Virus record (IMG/VR): IMGVR_UViG_3300034104_001787
Source: an uncultured virus (IMG/VR IMGVR_UViG_3300034104_001787)
Taxonomy: Duplodnaviria > Heunggongvirae > Uroviricota > Caudoviricetes
DNA: 64,000 nt
Strand: one strand, 5' to 3'
The notes under the pieces are model-generated. The model ran no database searches and had not been told where the DNA came from. It saw nothing but the letters and a program-made list of their open reading frames with translations. The position numbers and the translations under genes are program-made. Below are positions 9,849-20,328 of this stretch, in pieces (position 1 is the stretch's first letter; every line of letters starts with the position of its first letter).

Positions 9849-10843
9849 AGGTTATAATCCAAGAACCCGCTCCGAACAAGGTTCTGATCAACAATAGCAA
9901 CAATACCGTAAAGGTTATTGAGAATATTACTATCAGTCCGATAAACATACCGGGTACTTCAAGCAATGCTGGTACCATATCATCGGGTATTCTTGTAACC
10001 AATACCATTGGAGATGCTATATCGGGTAGCAGTTATGGTGCAGGAACGTCCGTAGAAGCGATTTTAAGGGACATTATTGGACCTTACTGGGAGCCGACGA
10101 TAGATTTCATCTCTTTCGTTATTAATGGGCAGAATGGCATCAATAAAATCGCCTTAGGTACCGCTCCTCCCATCACCACGATACAGCTTACGATAGGTAA
10201 TAGCATCAATATGCTTTCTACCCAATACGGCTTAGCAGTATCTATAACCAACCAAGGGGGTACGCAGGTTGGATTTGTATCTAAACCATCGATATACACT
10301 TCGGATCAATACTTTGCATCCATTGTAAATAACGCTACGATTATAGCTACATCGGTAGAGACCAACCAGAACTACACGATTAGCCTTTCTTACCGTAACG
10401 AGGCCAATACGCAGACACAATCTACAAGTAAGACCTACACCATAGAGTCTCGTAAGAAGTGTATGCTTCTTGCTTCTCCATTAGCGAATATATCCAATCT
10501 TCAGGATTTTCTAAGTGGGGCTACGATTATGGATTCCTCTTTAAACTCAAAGGATTCTATAACAGATGAAATTGAGGTATTATTAAATTGTACCTCGGCA
10601 GCAGCTAATCAAGACAATTATGTATATTTGCTACTACCTGCTACTAAATCAATTAGAGAAGCAGCATCCACTACAAGTGGTGTAGGAGTAGCCAATATAA
10701 CAGACAGTTGGCAACTTGTTACAACACCACAGACCTCTTGGGATTACACAGAGGGAATAGCAACTTATCCGGTTAAGCTCTACCGTAGCACTCAACCCGG
10801 ACCCTATAATGAAAACATCATTTTGGATTTCACCATAATCTAA
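9845..10843 (+). CDS. Tail fibre/spike-associated protein
   Basis: S/T/I/N-rich beta protein; shares internal and C-terminal motifs with 10850-12610. Confidence 0.55.
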   Translation: MKVIIQEPAPNKVLINNSNNTVKVIENITISPINIPGTSSNAGTISSGILVTNTIGDAISGSSYGAGTSVEAILRDIIGPYWEPTIDFISFVINGQNGINKIALGTAPPITTIQLTIGNSINMLSTQYGLAVSITNQGGTQVGFVSKPSIYTSDQYFASIVNNATIIATSVETNQNYTISLSYRNEANTQTQSTSKTYTIESRKKCMLLASPLANISNLQDFLSGATIMDSSLNSKDSITDEIEVLLNCTSAAANQDNYVYLLLPATKSIREAASTTSGVGVANITDSWQLVTTPQTSWDYTEGIATYPVKLYRSTQPGPYNENIILDFTII

Positions 10844-10849
10844 ATTACT

Positions 10850-12610
10850 ATGGCAATAAAATTTGGAGATTCTTTAGAGAATCAGAATGCTAACTACCCG
10901 ATTGTAGATTTGGTAGCAAATCATGCCAAGGGGGTATTATATGTTGATGCATTTGAGAATGCTAACTTAGTAGCAATTCCTTTGGCTAAACGTGCTCAAG
11001 GATCTGTTGTAATTATAAAATCTACAGGTCTTGCGTATGTTTTTACTGGAACTACACTGACTGATGGTAACGGTTGGAATAATATAGGTAGTGCTAACTG
11101 GGTTCCATTAGGGGAAGCTACTCAAACGACTAACCTTACTGTACAGATTCCAGCTGGACAAAGCTTTGGTAAGTATGTAAATGGCAATGTTATTACTGTT
11201 GGTGCTGGTGGCTGGAATGCATTAGAGATTATCCGCGATGCAATAACAGGATTTATTCAACCCACTGTTTTAGCTACAGGATCTCCAACCAGTGTAGCTT
11301 ATAGTTTATCAGCAATTAATAACCAATCACATACGGTATCCTTTTCAGTAAAGAATAATAACCAATCGAGCGTACAGGCAAGTGGAAATGCGTTTAAGAT
11401 TAAGGATATTAAAATCTACCGTAGAAATGTATCATCCTCACCGGGCACTACTATTGGAAACTATACACTTGTAACTACCATAAGTAGTGGTACTGCATAT
11501 GATGCCATCAATGCTGTACTTCCTTCAGGAACTCAACCAAGTGCACAAAACTTCAGCTATACTGATACTATTAATATTCCTGCACAAACGGTTGGAATAA
11601 CTACTTCATTAAACTATTACTATATGGTAATAGCCACTCCCTACGATGGGGCTGGTGTTGAAGTTACTGCTGCAGATACAGCTATTATATCAAATCAGAG
11701 TGATACAAATAACTCGCTCTTTATTAATGTAGCAAACTATGTTGATCCATCTGCATCACTTACAATTAGCCGTACAAGTGGCACGGCTATTACCGGATAC
11801 GTCAACAAGTCTGGGACAGCTATATCTATAACTAGTACTTCCACTGCCCGAATGATTGGTGATTATGGTAGTAGCTTATCATTTTTAATTACAAATAATA
11901 ACTCTGCTATTCCAATTACTCAATATTTTATAGAACGACAATTAAACGGTGGGTCTTGGTCTACGTTAGTGTCTACAACTGCTTACACTTCAAGTCCAGT
12001 TACTTATACGGATAATAGTTTAGCAGCTACAGCTACGTATGATTCAATAGCATATCGTATAAATTTAATTTCAGCATATGGTACTACATCAAATTTAGGA
12101 TCAGGTTCTCTTAGCTTCTTATATCCTGCTTTTGTAGGAAAATTATCTAAGGATAACCTTCCTACGACTGCAGCACAATCCTCTGGAGTTCAAGTGTTGA
12201 CTGGTGGTGGTAATGTTGCTATAACTGGCACGGATATAACGGGGTTATCAATTAGAAAAACCTTAGTTACTGGTAGTATTGTACATCAAATTACAGATGT
12301 AAGTGCTGGATCAATTTCAGTTACAACGGCAAACAACGAATTTGTTTATGTATGTATTCCAGTAGATTATGGTGCATCTACCACTGCAACCTCAGAAATT
12401 ACGAATATTAATAAGCAAAACGAAGCAAACACAATTACAGCTTGGAGTACAAGTGATCCGGCGCATGCTACTGTAGGAGTTGTATACAATGCATACACAA
12501 GTGCTACTGTGTCAGTTACAAATGCAATGGGCCACACAAGAAACTACTACATATACAGAACGAATGCTAACAATGCTTATAGTTCTGCCTCTAACCTCTT
12601 CATCTACTAA
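10850..12610 (+). CDS. Tail fibre/spike-associated protein with FN3-like segments
   Basis: 586 aa S/T/N-rich; FN3-like YFIERQLNGGSWS...YTDN...YRI segment. Confidence 0.6.
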   Translation: MAIKFGDSLENQNANYPIVDLVANHAKGVLYVDAFENANLVAIPLAKRAQGSVVIIKSTGLAYVFTGTTLTDGNGWNNIGSANWVPLGEATQTTNLTVQIPAGQSFGKYVNGNVITVGAGGWNALEIIRDAITGFIQPTVLATGSPTSVAYSLSAINNQSHTVSFSVKNNNQSSVQASGNAFKIKDIKIYRRNVSSSPGTTIGNYTLVTTISSGTAYDAINAVLPSGTQPSAQNFSYTDTINIPAQTVGITTSLNYYYMVIATPYDGAGVEVTAADTAIISNQSDTNNSLFINVANYVDPSASLTISRTSGTAITGYVNKSGTAISITSTSTARMIGDYGSSLSFLITNNNSAIPITQYFIERQLNGGSWSTLVSTTAYTSSPVTYTDNSLAATATYDSIAYRINLISAYGTTSNLGSGSLSFLYPAFVGKLSKDNLPTTAAQSSGVQVLTGGGNVAITGTDITGLSIRKTLVTGSIVHQITDVSAGSISVTTANNEFVYVCIPVDYGASTTATSEITNINKQNEANTITAWSTSDPAHATVGVVYNAYTSATVSVTNAMGHTRNYYIYRTNANNAYSSASNLFIY

Positions 12611-12621
12611 TCTGATAGACA

Positions 12622-14769
12622 ATGCCTATATTTTTTGCGGACGTACTACAGCATAGTAATGCTGTAAACGCTTTAGTAGACTCCAACTATGTAAAGGGGG
12701 GTATCCGTTCTTCACACGCTACGTGGACTGATTTTCTTAATACTATTAATGCCTCTTTAAGTGAGGGACAAGCTGGTAACATTTCAAACCAGTTAAAAGC
12801 CCTGTCCACTATGGTGTGGATTGGTAATGCTACTTCTGGTGAATTTTATGTATTAACAGATTTTGCTGGAAGAGATATTGAAGCTGGTCAGGCTGGTTCT
12901 GGATGGAAAAGCCTTGCGTCAGTTTTAAGTGTTGGAACCAATGTTACATTGGTAGATGCTGCAGATGCTTCCACAACCCACTATGTAACATTATCTTCTA
13001 ATGCTACAGGATCTACGCAGCTTAAAACTGATGCGGGAATTGCTTATACACCATCAACAAACATTTTAGCAGTTACAACAACAGCAGCTCAAAAATGGTC
13101 TAACTCCCGGACTGTTACATTTGCTGGTGGAGATGTTACTGGTTCGTTCTCAATAGATGGATCTGCTGATGTATCTAACGTAGCTTTAAGTATTGCGGGA
13201 GGTAGTGTAGTTTTAGGTACAGATACTACTGGCAATTATGTTGCTTCTGTTACTACTGCTGCCGCAAGTGGTATTAGCGGAGGTGTAGCTGCTACACCGG
13301 GTGCTAACGTATCTCTTTCATTAGATATTAATGGCCTTACAGCTGAAAGTTCAATATCTGATACCGATACCTTTGCTTTCTATGATCTATCTGCTACAGC
13401 AAATAGAAAAGCTACTGCTGATAATATAAGAGACTATGTTCTTGGCGGGGTAAGTGGTAATATAACAATTAATAGTTCTGGAGTTGCTACAATAGCGGAT
13501 GATGCTGTTGCTTTAGGAACTAAAACTTCGGGAGATTACGTTTCTACACTTACAGCTGGAACTGGTATAACTCTTACGAATGCAGCACCGGGCCAAGCAA
13601 CAGAAAAGGCATTGTATACTGTAGCGGTAGATTATGCTGGGAATGATAACATAGTTTTTGCTGCTACTACTGAAACAGGCCAAGCCGTTGCAACTGACTT
13701 CTTACTATATACAAATAACGATGGTACTCACGGAGCAAAGAAGCGTGCCATATCAACCTTACCCTTTACAAATAATAATGGTACGGTAACGTCTGTTTCA
13801 GTTACGGCAGGGTCTAATAGTGGCGTTATAGTTACTCCAGGTGGAACAAACACTATTAACCCGTCTTATGTAATCACTCTTGATGATATCCCCAATATTG
13901 CGTTATTAAATAGCTCTATTACAGTTGGAACGACGCTTATAAACTTAGGGGATGATGTAAACTCTTTAGCTGGTTTAGAGGGGTTAGATTTCGCAACAGG
14001 AGCTAATAGATCAATTGCATCCAGCTTAGGTGCATATAATTTAACTCTTGGCGGCTCTTCATCTACAGTTGTGATACCGGGTAATTTGACTGTATCTGGA
14101 ACTACTACTTATATTAATACCACAAACACTTCGTTCAAGGATAACTTCATTGTTCTTAATGAACCTGTTGCTGCAGGGGATTTAACTTTTGGGCAGCTTG
14201 AATCTATGTTTGCTGGTATATATGTTTGGGATAAAGATAGTAATGGCAATGTAATTACAGAAGATAACCGACCGGGACTTCGCTATAACTACTCTGGAAA
14301 TAAGTGGGAGATCAGACAAACTGCGACGGGTACTTGGTTGGAATTATTAACTACCTCTAACCAGTTCACTGTAACTGCTGCTTCAACTGCTGAAACATTA
14401 CAGGGTACAATAACCGATGAATACGTTGTTCCAAGTGGATTAAGAACTTGGACTGCTTATACAACGGCTGGTATTGGTATTAGCTTCCCTGCAGCAGATG
14501 TCTCTCATACTGCAGCAAATACAAGTGTACAATATGCAAAAACCATAAAGGTTTCTGCTGTTGCTACAGCCGATGATGCAACGAATGGATATATCCGTAT
14601 ATACCACGGATTAGGAAATGAATACCCGGTAGTATTCTGCTACCAGCTTCAATCTGGTGACTACTTTATGATTATTCCAAGAGTTGAAGCTGAAGATGCA
14701 AACTATATCCGGTTATATATTAATGGTGTTACTGCAGCAGCCGCATTCTCCATTGGAATAATAGGATAA
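12622..14769 (+). CDS. Tail fibre protein
   Basis: 715 aa G/A/T/S-rich. Contains fibre modules GDVTGSFSIDGSADVS, repeated LGTxTxGxYV, GNLTVSGTTTYINTTN and a C-terminal HGLGNEYP domain. Confidence 0.7.
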   Translation: MPIFFADVLQHSNAVNALVDSNYVKGGIRSSHATWTDFLNTINASLSEGQAGNISNQLKALSTMVWIGNATSGEFYVLTDFAGRDIEAGQAGSGWKSLASVLSVGTNVTLVDAADASTTHYVTLSSNATGSTQLKTDAGIAYTPSTNILAVTTTAAQKWSNSRTVTFAGGDVTGSFSIDGSADVSNVALSIAGGSVVLGTDTTGNYVASVTTAAASGISGGVAATPGANVSLSLDINGLTAESSISDTDTFAFYDLSATANRKATADNIRDYVLGGVSGNITINSSGVATIADDAVALGTKTSGDYVSTLTAGTGITLTNAAPGQATEKALYTVAVDYAGNDNIVFAATTETGQAVATDFLLYTNNDGTHGAKKRAISTLPFTNNNGTVTSVSVTAGSNSGVIVTPGGTNTINPSYVITLDDIPNIALLNSSITVGTTLINLGDDVNSLAGLEGLDFATGANRSIASSLGAYNLTLGGSSSTVVIPGNLTVSGTTTYINTTNTSFKDNFIVLNEPVAAGDLTFGQLESMFAGIYVWDKDSNGNVITEDNRPGLRYNYSGNKWEIRQTATGTWLELLTTSNQFTVTAASTAETLQGTITDEYVVPSGLRTWTAYTTAGIGISFPAADVSHTAANTSVQYAKTIKVSAVATADDATNGYIRIYHGLGNEYPVVFCYQLQSGDYFMIIPRVEAEDANYIRLYINGVTAAAAFSIGIIG

Positions 14770-14787
14770 TCATTAGTAGCTTGCGTA

Positions 14788-14795
14788 TATATTTG
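14788..14795 (+). promoter_or_regulatory. Bacteroidota sigma-70 -7 box (TATATTTG)
   Basis: TAnnTTTG in the intergenic gap before ORF 14829. Confidence 0.5.
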
Positions 14796-14828
14796 CAGTA
14801 CAGATACGCACTTTTAAACTTTTAAGTA

Positions 14829-15212
14829 ATGACACTCAAACAGTGTATCGAGGCTTTACGGTCTTTTCAAGCCCTTAGCCAGCAAAAACTACCATTTGCA
14901 GCCAGCTTTGTGATAGCACAGAACATGCAGAAGCTAAAGGACGTAGTTGCTCCCTTTGAAGAACACCGGGATCAATACGTCAAAGACATCCGATCACAGG
15001 CTTATGAGAATGAACAAGGTGAACTCGTACTTGCAGACGAAGTAGCCGAGCAGTTTAAAACAGACATCGAGATTCTTCTGAATGAAGATCAAAACGTCAA
15101 ACTAAAAAAGGTGGAGTTGCATGGTTTAGATGGGTTAGATATCGAACCACAAGCCTTGGTTGGCTGTATTGAGTTCCTAACTCTCAAGACCGATGCCAAT
15201 AAAGGTAAGTGA
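14829..15212 (+). CDS. Small helical protein, putative tail-fibre assembly chaperone (DUF1617-like)
   Basis: KLPFAASFVIAQNMQKL...LLNEDQNV pattern; located among fibre genes. Confidence 0.45.
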   Translation: MTLKQCIEALRSFQALSQQKLPFAASFVIAQNMQKLKDVVAPFEEHRDQYVKDIRSQAYENEQGELVLADEVAEQFKTDIEILLNEDQNVKLKKVELHGLDGLDIEPQALVGCIEFLTLKTDANKGK

Positions 15213-16383
15213 CTTTATTCAAAATATAGCGGCGTATCCCGTATTGCGTGTTGAGGACAACACCATACTGGGGTACGCTTATGCTACTGCGTCTACTCAA
15301 GCTGCATTAGAAGCTGTCCCTATAAATAATCGGGGGGCAGGGTTGGTGCTGCATAATAGAGCTTTATTTCATTACGATTTAGCTAATGTTACAAACGCAT
15401 ATTGGGGCGATGTAACTAAACACAAGGAGATAGCAACACGATTTAGTAGCTATCCTGACGTTCCTTATGCATTAGGAACCTCCGTAGCTGAATACTTGGC
15501 AGATCCGGATAATGACGGGGATATTTTCTTTGCTATCCATAATAACGCCACGAATTTATTTTATAAGCTCTCTCATAATGATATCATTTCTTGGATAGTT
15601 AATGCTTTAATCCAAGCCCAAGTTGGTAATGGGGCAGGCACAGTAGAAAACTATTCTTCTTCTACAGGTCTTGTAGGTGATTTTGACAATAATGGTACAG
15701 TAGGTACATCTGACTTGTTGATCTTCCTTCAGAATTTTGGAGCTACTGCAACAATTGGGACATACTTAGACACCATATTTAATATAACAACTACATCGGA
15801 CATTCAACTTTTAAATGCGTCCGGTGCAGGTGCTACATACACGGCAAACACAAAAGTATTTTTTGAATTATCAAGTGGTAATGTTGGAGTTACTGAGGGA
15901 TCTTTAGCTGCTCAATTAAACACAGCCTTAAATCCTGACTATATATCATTTAAGGATAATGCTGTTAATGGATTAAGTATCAACCAGTTTATAGCTAACG
16001 TGACATATGTAGTTAGTAATCTGTATATGTACTTAAATTCAAGTTATGGGGGATACAATTTGCAGTTTGGCGTACGATTAACCAAGCTTTTAGACAATGT
16101 AATAATTGGTAACTCGGCAGATGTTATAATTCAATCTACCTATGTGTCAGATGCGGGTTTGCAAACAATTAATTTTTCTACGTCTTTATTCAATATAAAC
16201 GATCTTGTTAGCCAGTTATCCAATCCATTTGGATCTAATAATGGTTCTTTGAACGATTTATTTCCGTTAGGTACTGGTTATGATGAGGTAAGATTTTCAT
16301 TCTTTGCTTCAGTTCCTGTTGATGATGCTGGAGTACAAAGCTTAACGGCTACCTTTAAATTAACAGCTGATCCGACACCGTAA
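15193..16383 (+). CDS. Tail-associated protein with dockerin-like motif
   Basis: N-terminus paralogous to 10850 and 12622; contains GDFDNNGTVGTSDLLIFLQNFG. Confidence 0.55.
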   Translation: MPIKVSDFIQNIAAYPVLRVEDNTILGYAYATASTQAALEAVPINNRGAGLVLHNRALFHYDLANVTNAYWGDVTKHKEIATRFSSYPDVPYALGTSVAEYLADPDNDGDIFFAIHNNATNLFYKLSHNDIISWIVNALIQAQVGNGAGTVENYSSSTGLVGDFDNNGTVGTSDLLIFLQNFGATATIGTYLDTIFNITTTSDIQLLNASGAGATYTANTKVFFELSSGNVGVTEGSLAAQLNTALNPDYISFKDNAVNGLSINQFIANVTYVVSNLYMYLNSSYGGYNLQFGVRLTKLLDNVIIGNSADVIIQSTYVSDAGLQTINFSTSLFNINDLVSQLSNPFGSNNGSLNDLFPLGTGYDEVRFSFFASVPVDDAGVQSLTATFKLTADPTP

Positions 16384-16385
16384 CT

Positions 16386-19094
16386 ATGTCTATAGTAAAA
16401 ATATCTCTACGAGCAAATGCAGTACTTATTGAGTATCCTACAGATTACTCAAGAACATTTTTGCTTACATCATATCTTACTGCAACACAGACAAGCGGTT
16501 TAGTTGATATTACTACTGCGGCAGGAGAGTATGTATTAAGCAAGTATCCTTGGCAAGCAATTCGTGATTCTACCAATACTGTATTTGGTGCAAGTGCTAC
16601 TGCTGCTGTTGCGGCAATCAATGCTCTATTTGATTCGTTGGAAGTTGATGTAGCCACATTAGAAAATAACTTCAGTATACTTGATTCTGAAGCACTAAGG
16701 AATACAAGCCTTATTACGGATTTAGCTAACGTAGAGAAGTTTGTAGCTTCTACAAAAGGCGACCATCTACTTGCTGTAGATGCGGCTAATCCGGGCGGTG
16801 TAAAGACCATAGCTCCAGCAACATTTGTAAGCAACAACAGTATTGTAGTAAACAACTCCTCGCCCACCTTTGTTACAACTACAGTAACATCCTTTTTATA
16901 TCTTGATTCAAGCTCTACGGGAATTGTATTTGAAGGAGGTACAGCAAATGCCTTCGAGACGACCTTACAAGCTCTTAATCCTACTGCAGATCATACAATT
17001 TACCTTCCTAATGCTTCTGGCACTGTTGCACTCGTAGGAACTAACGGAGAGGCAAGCTTTGATGCTATTACCTTTGATCTGACTCCTACTACCGCGGACG
17101 ACGATGGGGTTATGCGGTATGACCCTGATGTTGAGTCTTTAGTCTTTACAACCGCTCATGGCAATAAGCTTGTACTGGGAGAAACCTACTTGCCTGTAAT
17201 CAATAAGACAGCAAGTACAATTCCTTTAGGTACTGCTGTTAAAGCTGTAGGTGTAGAGGGACAGCGGTTTAAGATTGAACCTTTCGATGCAGACGTAGAT
17301 GATGGTCTGTATTTTATTGGTCTTACGGAGAAGTCTATGGCCGCTGAAGCCGAAGGTGTAGTTGTATCTGTAGGATATGTAAAGGGAATAAATACTTCAT
17401 CATATGCTGTAGGTACTATCCTTTATGCTTCGGGTACAGCGGGACAGCTTACAAGCACACAACCTGCAAAACCTGCTGCTGATATAGTAGTGGCTATGGT
17501 TACAGTAAGTTCTGCAAATGGTAGTGTTTTTGTACGTTCTACTGTACATCATCAATTAGGCGATTTGCAGGATGTATCTGTTGCTTCTCCTACGGCTGGT
17601 GTATTGGTACAGCGTAATTCTGCCAATACCTTATGGACTAAGACACCTTATGCATTCCCAACATCTGATGGTACCAACGGTCAGGTATTGACTACAGATG
17701 GGTCTGGCACGATTTCTTGGGGCGGTAATAATGCGTTTACCAATATCGCTGTATCCGGACAGTCGAACGTGGCAGCGGACAGCGCGGGGGACACTCTTAC
17801 GTTAGTGGGGGCGGGCGGAACCACAATTACGACAGATAATATCAGCGATACGATAACCTTCACAAGCAGGACGCTCGATGACAACGATGTGGCCCTTGCA
17901 GGAAATCGTACCATTGACGTAGAAGGAAACGACTTAATTATTCAAAATACCGCCTCCTATAGGCTCATTGAGATACAGCCCGATGCAGTAATAACTGCAG
18001 GCCTATCGGTCCGCGATGTGCATGGAACAACGGCTGGAGCAATTAGATTGTTTGAAGCGACAGATAACGGAGGGTTTTCTATCACTTTACAGGCACCCGC
18101 ACAGCTAACAGCCAGCACCACCTTTACCCTTCCTTCATCTGACGGTACGAGTGGGCAAGTATTATCCACTAATGGATCTGGCACTTTATCGTGGGCAACT
18201 GCAAGTAGTGGTGGTACTCCTGCTGGAAATACTGGAGAGATTCAGTTCAATAATGCAGGTGCCTTTGGTGCTACATCCGGTTTATTCTGGAACAATACAA
18301 ACGGCAGATTAGGTGTCGGACTTAATACGGGACTTACCTACGAGATTACAGCATCTTCCGCTGATACGAATGGCATCTTAGTGCAGAACACGGCTGCATC
18401 AAGTGCGACTGCTGGATCTAATGTCGTGGTTATGTCGAATGACAATGCTGCGATCGTAACAGGAGATAGATTAGGGGGATTTAACTTTGGCGGTTCTACG
18501 GGGGTTGGCACTGTTGGTACGGGTGCTTCTATTCAAGCTTTTTCCGCAGGTACGTTTGCCCCAGCGTCTATTCCATCTGTTATGACATTTAGCACTGTTC
18601 CCGGAGCCGCAAATACTCTGTCAGAACGGATGCGTATCTTTAATGATGGTAACATAGCAATTGGGGAAACCAGCACTTTAGCAAAACTTAGTATTCGAGG
18701 ATCTGGTAGCTCAACCAGTACGTCGTCTTTGACTATCAGAAACTCAGGGGCAAGTTCTTTATTCCAAGTTAGAGATGATGGTAAGTGCGCTATAGGAACT
18801 GGAGGCGTGGATGGAACTATTATGTTGAATATACGGGGAACAACGTCTACATCATCAGGAAGCACATTACGTTTATGGAATTCTAATAGCGTAACTACAT
18901 TCCAAATTAGAGATGATGGGGCATATACTTTTTTTGGAGGCACACTTGGGTTGGCAGATACGGGGTGGACACAGTTTACAAACCTGACTACACTTAAAAC
19001 TGGAGACGCTAATACCCTTACGTTAAGTCAGTTATGTGATATTGTTGGGACTTTAATTAACGCTTTAAGAACAAAAGGAATAATCTCTGTATAA
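16386..19094 (+). CDS. Long mosaic tail fibre protein
   Basis: 902 aa; fibre modules FEGGTANAFETTL, repeated PxSDGTxGQVLxTxGSGTxSW, GEIQFNNAGAFG and ERMRIFNDGNIAIG. Confidence 0.75.
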   Translation: MSIVKISLRANAVLIEYPTDYSRTFLLTSYLTATQTSGLVDITTAAGEYVLSKYPWQAIRDSTNTVFGASATAAVAAINALFDSLEVDVATLENNFSILDSEALRNTSLITDLANVEKFVASTKGDHLLAVDAANPGGVKTIAPATFVSNNSIVVNNSSPTFVTTTVTSFLYLDSSSTGIVFEGGTANAFETTLQALNPTADHTIYLPNASGTVALVGTNGEASFDAITFDLTPTTADDDGVMRYDPDVESLVFTTAHGNKLVLGETYLPVINKTASTIPLGTAVKAVGVEGQRFKIEPFDADVDDGLYFIGLTEKSMAAEAEGVVVSVGYVKGINTSSYAVGTILYASGTAGQLTSTQPAKPAADIVVAMVTVSSANGSVFVRSTVHHQLGDLQDVSVASPTAGVLVQRNSANTLWTKTPYAFPTSDGTNGQVLTTDGSGTISWGGNNAFTNIAVSGQSNVAADSAGDTLTLVGAGGTTITTDNISDTITFTSRTLDDNDVALAGNRTIDVEGNDLIIQNTASYRLIEIQPDAVITAGLSVRDVHGTTAGAIRLFEATDNGGFSITLQAPAQLTASTTFTLPSSDGTSGQVLSTNGSGTLSWATASSGGTPAGNTGEIQFNNAGAFGATSGLFWNNTNGRLGVGLNTGLTYEITASSADTNGILVQNTAASSATAGSNVVVMSNDNAAIVTGDRLGGFNFGGSTGVGTVGTGASIQAFSAGTFAPASIPSVMTFSTVPGAANTLSERMRIFNDGNIAIGETSTLAKLSIRGSGSSTSTSSLTIRNSGASSLFQVRDDGKCAIGTGGVDGTIMLNIRGTTSTSSGSTLRLWNSNSVTTFQIRDDGAYTFFGGTLGLADTGWTQFTNLTTLKTGDANTLTLSQLCDIVGTLINALRTKGIISV

Positions 19095-19528
19095 TGGCAA
19101 ACTTTGGAGACGTAGGAAGCGGACTGGCAATTCCAGGAGGGCAATCTATAAGAAGAAATGCTACTGATACGGCATTTGAATCTTATACACCGTCTGGTAC
19201 AATTACAAACACAGTAACTTTTGTTGTAGACACAGAAGCCACTGGGGCCAGAACTCTGGCCTTATCAGACGCTTATAAGTATCTGCGGTGTACCTCTACC
19301 ACGGCAGTGACTATTACTGTTCCTCTACAGTCTTCAGTTGCTTGGGAGGCACATACAGAAATTCTGTTTGAACAATCAGGTACAGGACAGATCACTATTA
19401 CTGGAGCGTCAGGCGTTACAGTCAACAGTAGAACTACAGCAAAAAGTTCTGGTCAGTACGCTGTGATTGGTCTTAAAAGAGTGGCTGAAAACATCTGGAC
19501 TGTAGTTGGCGATAGAGCAACATCATAA
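19094..19528 (+). CDS. Tail fibre distal/adaptor protein
   Basis: C-terminal TITVP...EQSGTGQITI...GQYAVIGLKRVAENIWTVVGD domain common at phage fibre ends. Confidence 0.6.
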   Translation: MANFGDVGSGLAIPGGQSIRRNATDTAFESYTPSGTITNTVTFVVDTEATGARTLALSDAYKYLRCTSTTAVTITVPLQSSVAWEAHTEILFEQSGTGQITITGASGVTVNSRTTAKSSGQYAVIGLKRVAENIWTVVGDRATS

Positions 19529-20328
19529 TGGGATTCTTCTTTGATGCTGTAGCTAACAGCAATTCCATAGCATACGTAGCCTCAGCTACCTTTGTTACCA
19601 GAGGCATGGATGGTCTATGGGATCCAGCAGCACCAAATGGTTATAGCCCAGGAGTACTGCATAACATATCGGGTCACTTCCAGGCACCTGGGCATCATAT
19701 GTATTTTTTTTACAATGAGGCTTTTTCTAGAAACCAAACTCTCTTAACAAGCGGAGGAGTTGCCTATATAGACCTAGTTAACACAAATAACAATGTTAGG
19801 GCTTTGGCTTCACTGTTTGCGTATATAGCTCCTTATACTTATACTACCTCAGATACGTTTTGGCCATCTACTAGGAAGAATTTTACCTATGAGATGTGGA
19901 TTCAGAAAAGATTAGCTGATAGCCAAAATTTTTTCTCGCAGTTTAATGAAGCATTGAGAGTAAGGAGCAATAGCACTAGTAATGTTGAAATAGCGGTTTT
20001 GAACGGCATGGGAAACTCGAACATAAGTGGTTCATATCCAATAAACACATGGATGCAATTTGTATTTACAATGGAAGACTTAGGTGCTACCAATGATTTA
20101 TTCAAGGTATACAAAAACGGAACACTTATATACACGGATTCTACTGGAAATTATACGCCATCTAGCGCTATATGGGCGGCTACCATGATTTCTACGTACA
20201 ACCAAGGAGACAATAATGGGGAATATGGTGCATATTGGTTAGGATTGATGAGGTCTTATACGGTACCTCTTACTCAGGCAGAAGTAACAACTAATTGGAA
20301 TAACACTAAATCAAGATTTGGATTATAA
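19528..20328 (+). CDS. LamG/ConA-like lectin-domain protein (putative receptor-binding)
   Basis: FTYEMWI, NTWMQFVFT, KVYKNGTL and YTVPLTQAEVTTNWNNTKSRFGL form the LamG-like signature. Confidence 0.7.
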   Translation: MGFFFDAVANSNSIAYVASATFVTRGMDGLWDPAAPNGYSPGVLHNISGHFQAPGHHMYFFYNEAFSRNQTLLTSGGVAYIDLVNTNNNVRALASLFAYIAPYTYTTSDTFWPSTRKNFTYEMWIQKRLADSQNFFSQFNEALRVRSNSTSNVEIAVLNGMGNSNISGSYPINTWMQFVFTMEDLGATNDLFKVYKNGTLIYTDSTGNYTPSSAIWAATMISTYNQGDNNGEYGAYWLGLMRSYTVPLTQAEVTTNWNNTKSRFGL

